DNA of 64,000 nucleotides from an uncultured Alphaproteobacteria bacterium (GTDB lineage Bacteria; Pseudomonadota; Alphaproteobacteria; RF32; CAG-239): NCBI GenBank assembly GCA_944393205.1, contig CALXZI010000003.1, positions 643 to 64,642 of the forward strand, read 5' to 3'. Shown piece by piece: positions 56,717 to 64,000 of this stretch (position 1 is its first letter; each line of letters starts with the position of its first letter). The notes under the pieces were generated by a model. It saw only the letters and a program-made list of their open reading frames with translations, ran no database searches and was not told where the DNA came from. The position numbers and the translations under genes were made by a program.

Positions 56717-57970
56717 TTAACTGTTCATATTATTGAAGAAATCTTGATTATCTTTTGACATCCGGAGTTTATCAAGCAAAAACTCCATACCGTCAGTTAT
56801 GCCCATTTGCATCAGAACCCGACGCAAAACCCACATTTTGGAAAGAGTTGCTTTATCCACCAAAAGTTCTTCTTTACGTGTTCCCGAACGGGTAATATCA
56901 ATGGTCGGGAACAAGCGTTTATCGGTCAACTTGCGGTCAAGAATGATTTCCGAATTGCCGGTACCTTTAAATTCTTCAAAGATAACCTCATCCATTCGCG
57001 AACCGGTATCAATCAAAGCTGTAGCAATAATAGTTAAAGAACCGCCTTCCTCCACATTGCGCGCCGCGCCGAGTAGTCTTTTCGGACGTTGCAATGCGTT
57101 TGCATCAACACCGCCGGTTAAAACTTTGCCCGAAGATGGAACAACAGCATTGTATGCCCGCCCCAAACGGGTAATGGAATCAAGTAAAATCACCACGTCT
57201 TTTTTGGTTTCTACCAAACGTTTGGCTTTTTCAATCACCAATTCAGCCACCTGAACATGGCGTGTTGCCGGTTCGTCAAAGGTTGAAGAAATAACCTCGC
57301 CTTTGACCGAACGAGTCATATCCGTCACTTCTTCCGGCCGTTCGTCAATCAACAACACAATCAAATAAACTTCCGGATGATTAACCGCAATGGCGTGCGC
57401 AATATTTTGCAGCATCACTGTTTTACCGGTGCGCGGTGGTGCCACAATCAATCCGCGTTGTCCTTTTCCTTGCGGTGCAATCAAATCAATAACCCGAGTG
57501 GTATAGTCTTTTTCACCGCAAATAATGTCAAAATTAAGTTTTTCGGTCGGATACAACGGCGTTAAGTTGTCAAAATTAACCCTTAACTTGGATTTTTCGG
57601 GATCTTCATAATTAATTGTATTAATTTTGGTTAAAGCAAAATAACGCTCATTATCTTTCGGCGCACGGATTTCCCCTTCCACCGTATCACCGGTGCGTAA
57701 GCCAAACTTCTTAACCTGTGCCGGAGAAACATATATATCATCCGGACTGGCCAGATAATTGGATTTTGCCGAACGCAAGAAACCAAACCCGTCTTGCAAA
57801 ACCTCAATAACACCATCGCCATTGATAATATTGTCTTCTGAAGCAATTTTTTTCATAATGGCAAAAATCAAATCTTGAACACGCATAGACGATGCGTCTT
57901 CAACGCCTAAATCTTCCGCCCAAGTCAATAACTCTTTCGGAGATTTTTCCTTCAATTCCTTTATATGCAT
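56717..57970 (-). CDS. rho: Transcription termination factor Rho
   Basis: N-terminal RNA-binding domain, Walker A GKT, RecA-like core. The ORF extends to 58033; the likely start is MHIKELKEK. Confidence 0.9.
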   Translation of the reverse strand: MHIKELKEKSPKELLTWAEDLGVEDASSMRVQDLIFAIMKKIASEDNIINGDGVIEVLQDGFGFLRSAKSNYLASPDDIYVSPAQVKKFGLRTGDTVEGEIRAPKDNERYFALTKINTINYEDPEKSKLRVNFDNLTPLYPTEKLNFDIICGEKDYTTRVIDLIAPQGKGQRGLIVAPPRTGKTVMLQNIAHAIAVNHPEVYLIVLLIDERPEEVTDMTRSVKGEVISSTFDEPATRHVQVAELVIEKAKRLVETKKDVVILLDSITRLGRAYNAVVPSSGKVLTGGVDANALQRPKRLLGAARNVEEGGSLTIIATALIDTGSRMDEVIFEEFKGTGNSEIILDRKLTDKRLFPTIDITRSGTRKEELLVDKATLSKMWVLRRVLMQMGITDGMEFLLDKLRMSKDNQDFFNNMNS

Positions 57971-58441
57971 ATAAACCTTACTGATAATTAAAAAAAGAAC
58001 TTTACGAACGTAATGCCTATTTATATACTTCAAAAAGTTAAAATGTCAACTTATATTTAATATGCTTTATGCACAACCAACCTCGCCTAATTTAAATTTA
58101 AAAAATATCTGTTGTTTTTTGTTTATCTTTGTGTTGGTCGGGGATTATTTTTTATGCACAAATTTATCCAAATTTTTAAGACTCTGTTAATAAGTTTCTT
58201 AATAAATTATTAATCTGTTTTTGATTCAAAGATTTAAAATTTTTAACACATTGTTAATAATTTTAGTTATCACCATAATATATAACCGGAGTATATTTTT
58301 ATCAACATGTTAATAAGTTTTAGGAAATGTTTTTACATTACGCGCATAAAATTGTATTGTTATGGATAAAGAGTAAAGTTATGCACAGAAAACGAGTTTT
58401 AGTGTGTATAAATCATTTAACCCTTTGATAAGGAATAAAAA

Positions 58442-59026
58442 ATGCAAATAGTTGCCATAACCGGCGCCATCGGCTGCGGCAAAACAACCATTGCTGGAAT
58501 TATAAGACGGCTTGGTTATGTCGTTTATGATGTGGACAAATGGTGTCGGCGTTTGTATTATGAGCCTGATTTTTTACAAACAATAAAAGAAAATTTTCCG
58601 TTTTGTTGGCAAGATGGGGTTTTTAACAAAAGGATTTTACGTAATTATGTGTTTGCAAATAAAGCTGAATTAAATAAATTGGAAAAACTTACACACCCGT
58701 TTTTAAAACAAAAATTTTTACAAGCTATTCATAAAAACTGCCGTACGGAGGATATTGTTTTTGTGGATGTTGCTTTGTTGTTTGAGATGGGGTGGAATCA
58801 ATATTGTACGGATATTATTGTTGCCGATGTTCCTTACGAAATCCAAAAACAACGTGTGATACAACGTGATAAAATTTCCGAGGAAGATTTTTTAAATATC
58901 TTAAAAGTACAAATGCCAAACCGTGTGCGTATAGGCTTGGCTGATTATGTTGTAACAACGGATAAATCTTTAGGTTGTCTGAAAGCTAATTTAATAGAAC
59001 TTATAAAAGAGATAAAATCATGTTAA
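58442..59026 (+). CDS. coaE: Dephospho-CoA kinase
   Basis: P-loop ITGAIGCGKTT. 194 aa. Confidence 0.85.
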   Translation: MQIVAITGAIGCGKTTIAGIIRRLGYVVYDVDKWCRRLYYEPDFLQTIKENFPFCWQDGVFNKRILRNYVFANKAELNKLEKLTHPFLKQKFLQAIHKNCRTEDIVFVDVALLFEMGWNQYCTDIIVADVPYEIQKQRVIQRDKISEEDFLNILKVQMPNRVRIGLADYVVTTDKSLGCLKANLIELIKEIKSC

Positions 59027-59739
59027 GAGAAATTGTTTTTGATACGGAAACAACAGGGTTTAATCCTGAAGAAGGCGATAAATTAGTTGAAATCGGCGCG
59101 GTAGAATTGGTAAATCATTTACCCACCGGCAGAACTTATCATCAATATATTAATCCGGGACGCAGTGTACCGGAAGAAGTTGTTAAAGTTCATGGTTTGA
59201 CTGAAGAATTTTTAAAGAATTATCCAAAATTATCAGAAGTTGCTCAAGATTTTATAAATTTTGTAGGTGATGACGGAATTTTAGTAGCACATAATGCTTC
59301 TTTTGATATTCATTTTATCAATTACGAGTTTAAGCACCTTGGTTTTAGAACATACACATGGGACAGAGTTGTTGATACTTTGGAAATTGCCCGTAACAAA
59401 TTCCCCGGAGCGCGCAACAATTTGGATGCCTTATGCCGGCGGTTTAATATTGACAACTCGGCACGCACTAAACACGGTGCTTTGCTTGATGCCGAGTTAT
59501 TATCCGAAGTTTATCTTGAGCTTTTGGGCGGTGCCGAGCCTACTATGACTCTAACGGCGGAAGATGAAATAACAACACATCGTGAAATTAAAAACGAAAA
59601 CAAAGTATATCATGAACCGCGATCTTTTCCTTTAACTAAAGATGAACTTCAAACTCATGAAGTTTTTTTAAAAGAAAAAGTAACCGATGCCGTGTGGTTG
59701 AAAGAGCCTGAAAACAATTCTAAAACAGCTGTTGAATAA
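59020..59739 (+). CDS. dnaQ: DNA polymerase III epsilon subunit (3'-5' exonuclease)
   Basis: Exo I IVFDTETTG. Exo II/III present. Confidence 0.85.
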   Translation: MLREIVFDTETTGFNPEEGDKLVEIGAVELVNHLPTGRTYHQYINPGRSVPEEVVKVHGLTEEFLKNYPKLSEVAQDFINFVGDDGILVAHNASFDIHFINYEFKHLGFRTYTWDRVVDTLEIARNKFPGARNNLDALCRRFNIDNSARTKHGALLDAELLSEVYLELLGGAEPTMTLTAEDEITTHREIKNENKVYHEPRSFPLTKDELQTHEVFLKEKVTDAVWLKEPENNSKTAVE

Positions 59740-60388
59740 GTTTTTTGACCTCTTGCATATTGTGTGTTATATATTTTATGCCGAGTTTTTCAACTTTTTC
59801 TTGATGAGCGATATTCCCGCTTAAATCTCCTGATAAAAAAGCAATTGGTAGGCAACCGGCTTTTAAAGCCGCTGTTAAACCGGCGATTGAATCTTCTATA
59901 ACAACACAATCTTCAGGTTTTTCGCCCATTTCTTTAGCAGCCAACAAAAAAATATCAGGTTCCGGTTTGCCGTGCTCTACCATATCCACGGTAAAAATGT
60001 GATTATTTGGGAAATATTGACTAATACCGGCAACATTCACTTTAAGCATTGTTTTGCTTCTTATACCACCGGTCGCAATACATTGTTTAATATTTTTCAT
60101 TTTAAAAATTTCTTCAATACCATCGGTCAAAGCAAAACCCTTGTTTTTCATTACAGCTTCATCCATTTCTATACTTTTGTCCCAAAAGTTATCATCTGTG
60201 ATAATACCAAGACTATCCAACACATTGCGTTTTGTTTTATCACCTGTGCCGCGCAGATAATGATTAACTGTTTCCCAGTCCCAATCTATGCCCAAAGCCT
60301 CTTTCATTAAAATCTGTCTGTTTTTTAGCCACAATTTTTCCGTATCAGCAATAACGCCGTCAAAATCCCATATAATCAATTTTTTCAT
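59720..60388 (-). CDS. HAD-family phosphatase (beta-phosphoglucomutase-like)
   Basis: LIIWDFDGVIADTE motif I. Start trimmed to MKKLIIW. Confidence 0.7.
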   Translation of the reverse strand: MKKLIIWDFDGVIADTEKLWLKNRQILMKEALGIDWDWETVNHYLRGTGDKTKRNVLDSLGIITDDNFWDKSIEMDEAVMKNKGFALTDGIEEIFKMKNIKQCIATGGIRSKTMLKVNVAGISQYFPNNHIFTVDMVEHGKPEPDIFLLAAKEMGEKPEDCVVIEDSIAGLTAALKAGCLPIAFLSGDLSGNIAHQEKVEKLGIKYITHNMQEVKKLIQQLF

Positions 60389-60558
60389 TAAAACCTCTAA
60401 AAAATAAAAACACTTACAAAGCCCACATAAACAAATTTGGCTTATAATATAATACAAGTCTTAAAAAAACATAAAAAGGCTTTCTGCGATCATAAAAACG
60501 ATAAATTTATAAATTTATTAATTATTGTGCTTTATATCTTAATAAGTAAGAGGAAAAA

Positions 60559-61902
60559 ATGGATAACAAAACGATATATGCACTTTCAACAGTATATGGA
60601 AAATCAGGTGTTGCTGTAATTCGCATTTCAGGCAAAAATGCTTTACTCGCAATAGAAAAAATGACGCATCTTAATACACTGTATTTAAAACCTCGTTATG
60701 CTTATTTCACACCTATTTATCATTCTGTTTCACGTGAATCATTGGATAATTCTTTACTTTTGTATTTCAAAGCACCACATTCTTTTACGGGTGAAGATAC
60801 GGTTGAAATACAGTGTCATGGCTCAAAAGCCGTATTATCCTCAATATTAAATTCTTTAAGTCAGTTAACAGATTATCGTTTAGCAGAAGCCGGCGAATTT
60901 TCAAGACGCGCTTTTTACAATCAAAAAATGGATTTAACACAAGCTGAAGGATTGGCTGATTTAATAGATGCAGAAACGATTGAACAACAAAAATATGCTT
61001 TGCGGCAAATGGAAGGAGGTTTAAGAAATTTATATGATGGTTGGCGTGAAGATATTTTAAGGATTTATGCGTATCTTGAAGCTTATATAGATTTTCCCGA
61101 AGAAGAAGTCCCCGAAAGCATAAAAGAGTCTATTTTGAACAGTGTATTTAAATTAATTAAAGCAATAGATGAACATTTACAAACAGCAAGTTATGGAGAA
61201 CGATTACGTGAGGGATTCAGAATAGTGCTTGCTGGTCCGGCAAATGCCGGTAAGTCAAGTTTGCTGAATGCTATTGTCAAAAGAAAAGCTGTAATTGTTT
61301 CTGATATTGCCGGAACAACCCGTGATGCAATAGACATTAATTTGGATATAAACGGATATCCGGTGGTTTTTACTGACACAGCAGGTATCAGAAGTTCTGA
61401 CAACCCGATTGAACAGCAAGGCATTGAAATTGCTTTTGAAAAGATACGTCAAGCTGATATGATTTTGGCAATGTTTGATGCCTCTACAGATACGCCGGAA
61501 ATATTCCAAGAAATCAAAAAAGAATCCAAAAACAATCTGTTATATATAGCCAACAAATGTGATAAATTAACATTTGAACAATGTTCAGAGTTTGAAAAAC
61601 AAGGTTGCATACTTGTTTCAGCAAAATATAATAAAGGTTTAAGTGCATTAATGGAAAAAATTTCCGAATACATTAGTGGCAATTTTACTTCTGATTCAAA
61701 TTTATTGATTACACGCCAGCGGTACCGTGAGGCTTTGCAAGAATGTGTTGAAAACCTGCGACGTTTTAATTTTGATAAGGAAATTGAGCTTTCGGCAGAA
61801 GACATTCGTATGGCCGCTCGTGCGCTTGGAAAAATTACCGGTCAGATTGAAATAGATGAAATTCTTGATAAAATTTTCGGTTCGTTTTGTATTGGTAAAT
61901 GA
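60559..61902 (+). CDS. mnmE: tRNA modification GTPase MnmE
   Basis: G-domain GPANAGKSSL. C-terminal CIGK motif. Confidence 0.9.
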   Translation: MDNKTIYALSTVYGKSGVAVIRISGKNALLAIEKMTHLNTLYLKPRYAYFTPIYHSVSRESLDNSLLLYFKAPHSFTGEDTVEIQCHGSKAVLSSILNSLSQLTDYRLAEAGEFSRRAFYNQKMDLTQAEGLADLIDAETIEQQKYALRQMEGGLRNLYDGWREDILRIYAYLEAYIDFPEEEVPESIKESILNSVFKLIKAIDEHLQTASYGERLREGFRIVLAGPANAGKSSLLNAIVKRKAVIVSDIAGTTRDAIDINLDINGYPVVFTDTAGIRSSDNPIEQQGIEIAFEKIRQADMILAMFDASTDTPEIFQEIKKESKNNLLYIANKCDKLTFEQCSEFEKQGCILVSAKYNKGLSALMEKISEYISGNFTSDSNLLITRQRYREALQECVENLRRFNFDKEIELSAEDIRMAARALGKITGQIEIDEILDKIFGSFCIGK

Positions 61903-62003
61903 TTCTTTTATATAAAAGTATTTTACCAAAGCATACTGTATTTTTTCTGTTGAAATATAAAGATTTTAGCGTATGATACCGATAAATTTACTAAGGAAAT
62001 ATA

Positions 62004-63863
62004 ATGAAAAAAATCTATGATGTTATTGTTGTCGGCGGGGGCCATGCCGGTTGTGAAGCCGCATCTGCGTCTGCGCGTATGGGGGCTGATACGGTTTTGA
62101 TTACGCATAAAATCGCAACAATCGGCGAAATGTCCTGTAATCCGGCAATCGGCGGTTTGGGAAAAGGGCATCTTGTGCGTGAAATTGATGCGCTTGACGG
62201 TCTGATGGCTCGTGTTATTGATAAAGCCGGCATACAATTTCGTATGCTTAATTCTTCCAAAGGTCCTGCCGTGCGCGGTCCTCGTGCACAAGCCGACAGA
62301 GAATTATATAAAAAATATATGCTGGAGGCTTTACAAAATCAGCCAAATCTTGAAATTATTGAGGCTGCGGTAGAAGGATTAAAAATTACTGAAGAAAATA
62401 GCAAGAAAAGCATTAATGGGGTTGTTTTAGCGGACGGCACGGAACTTTTAGCCCAAGCTGTTGTTTTAACGACCGGAACTTTTTTAAATGGCGTTATGTT
62501 TATCGGTCATCAAACAATAATTGGTGGTCGTGTCAATGATGTGACGTGTGCTGGTATAACACCGTATTTAAAGCGATTGGGGTTAAAAATAGGACGCTTG
62601 AAAACGGGTACTCCGGCACGTTTAAACGGCAAAACAATAAATTGGGATATTTTGGAAGAGCAGGGCGGCGATGAAAATCCAGAACCTTTTTCTTATCTGA
62701 CTGAAAAAATAACAAATCCGCAAATAAAATGCCACATCACGCATACAAATGAGCAAACACATAAAATAATCCGTGATAATTTTTCTAAATGTGCGCTGTT
62801 TTCAGGGCTTATTACCGGTGTTGGTCCGCGTTATTGTCCGAGTATTGAAGATAAGCTTGTTAAATTTGCCGACCGCACCAGTCATCAAATTTTTCTTGAA
62901 CCGGAAGGATTAAATACGGACGTTGTCTATCCAAATGGCATCTCAACATCTTTACCGGCTGATGTTCAGCATCAGTTTATCCATACAATAAAAGGGCTTG
63001 AAAATGTTGAAATATTGCGTCCGGCCTATGCTATTGAATATGACTATGTTGACCCGCAGGAATTAAATCATTGTTTAGAAGTCAAAACGGTTTCAGGTTT
63101 GTTTTTAGCCGGTCAAATCAACGGCACAACCGGATATGAAGAAGCTGGTGCGCAAGGTCTTATAGCCGGTGTTAACGCTGCCTTGAAAGCTGAAAACGAG
63201 GGTAGGGAATTTATGGTTGATCGCAGCCAAGGTTATATAGGCGTTATGGTTGATGATTTGATTACCAAAGGTGTGGACGAGCCTTACCGTATGTTTACCT
63301 CGCGTTCGGAGTATCGTTTGTTTTTGCGTGCGGACAATGCAGATATGCGTTTAACCCCGCTGGGATATGATGCGGGGTGCGTCAGTGAATACCGGAACAC
63401 TGTATTTAAAGCTAAAAAAGCTGCGATTGATGCTTGTCGCACACAGGCGCAAAGTTTAAAGGCAGATTATGCTGATTTGGAGCAATCGGGTATAACAATC
63501 AATCATGATGGTTCAAAGCGTACAGCTTTTTTACTAATGGGGTACAATGATGTTTCACGTGAAACAATCTTTAAATTATTCCCCGAACTCAAGCGTTTTG
63601 ATGAAAAAGTTTATGAACAAGTTGAAATAGAATCTCGTTATGCCGGCTATATCAAACGCCAACTTTCTGATATAGAAGTGTTCAAAAAAGATGAAAATTT
63701 GCACATAAGAGAAGATATTGATTATCAATTAATTGGTGGACTTTCTCGTGAAATGGTATTTAAATTAAGTAAAATAAAACCGGCCACAATCGGCGAAGCG
63801 TCGCGTATCCCCGGAGTAACGCCGGCTGCTATTACGGCGATTTTGGGTTATTTAAAAAAATGA
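62004..63863 (+). CDS. mnmG: tRNA uridine 5-carboxymethylaminomethyl modification enzyme MnmG
   Basis: FAD-binding [12 protein letters not shown]. 619 aa. Confidence 0.95.
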   Translation: MKKIYDVIVVGGGHAGCEAASASARMGADTVLITHKIATIGEMSCNPAIGGLGKGHLVREIDALDGLMARVIDKAGIQFRMLNSSKGPAVRGPRAQADRELYKKYMLEALQNQPNLEIIEAAVEGLKITEENSKKSINGVVLADGTELLAQAVVLTTGTFLNGVMFIGHQTIIGGRVNDVTCAGITPYLKRLGLKIGRLKTGTPARLNGKTINWDILEEQGGDENPEPFSYLTEKITNPQIKCHITHTNEQTHKIIRDNFSKCALFSGLITGVGPRYCPSIEDKLVKFADRTSHQIFLEPEGLNTDVVYPNGISTSLPADVQHQFIHTIKGLENVEILRPAYAIEYDYVDPQELNHCLEVKTVSGLFLAGQINGTTGYEEAGAQGLIAGVNAALKAENEGREFMVDRSQGYIGVMVDDLITKGVDEPYRMFTSRSEYRLFLRADNADMRLTPLGYDAGCVSEYRNTVFKAKKAAIDACRTQAQSLKADYADLEQSGITINHDGSKRTAFLLMGYNDVSRETIFKLFPELKRFDEKVYEQVEIESRYAGYIKRQLSDIEVFKKDENLHIREDIDYQLIGGLSREMVFKLSKIKPATIGEASRIPGVTPAAITAILGYLKK

Positions 63864-63869
63864 GGAAAT

Positions 63870-64000
63870 ATGCAAAAATTTAGTTATCATACACACACTG
63901 ATTTTTCGGACGGTAGCAATACTTTGGAACAAATGCTGCAACAGGCGGTTGCATTGGGTTGGCAAGAAATCGGTGTTTCTGACCATCTGATTATACACAA
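63870..64000 (+). CDS. PHP-domain (histidinol-phosphatase-like) protein, 3' end cut by window edge
   Basis: HTHTDFSDG...GVSDH PHP metal-binding motifs. Runs off the window. Confidence 0.5.
   Translation, partial: MQKFSYHTHTDFSDGSNTLEQMLQQAVALGWQEIGVSDHLIIH

Overview
The window splits into two parts. Part 1 (about 1-40.9 kb) is an integrated temperate podophage-like prophage. Its left edge, which includes the integrase 5' end, lies outside the window. Its structural module follows T7-like synteny: terS-terL-portal-scaffold-capsid-tail tubular A/B-internal virion proteins-tail fibre. It has an endolysin/holin/Rz/Rz1 lysis cassette, a cI/cro-type switch with five identical palindromic operators, and a CcrM-like DNA methyltransferase. 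Two systems stand out. First, a complete BPP-1-style diversity-generating retroelement: an Mtd-like receptor-binding target gene with a C-terminal VR, then avd, a non-coding TR and a reverse transcriptase carrying the GxxxSQ motif. TR and VR differ almost only at TR adenines, with AAC codons throughout TR. Second, a 3550-aa gp16-positioned polyvalent virion protein with a diphtheria-toxin-like (H-Y-E class) ADP-ribosyltransferase motif and two HExxH zincin motifs. The prophage abuts a tRNA-Leu(TAA). Part 2 (about 41-64 kb) is an AT-rich alphaproteobacterial housekeeping region: psd-pssA, serS, dnaE, eno, a dCMP-deaminase-like gene, a LuxR-type response regulator, rho, coaE, dnaQ, mnmE and mnmG. 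It also holds a possible sRNA upstream of a small XRE gene and a repeat-rich rho-coaE intergenic region. All calls come from reading the sequence and ORF translations; no database search was run.
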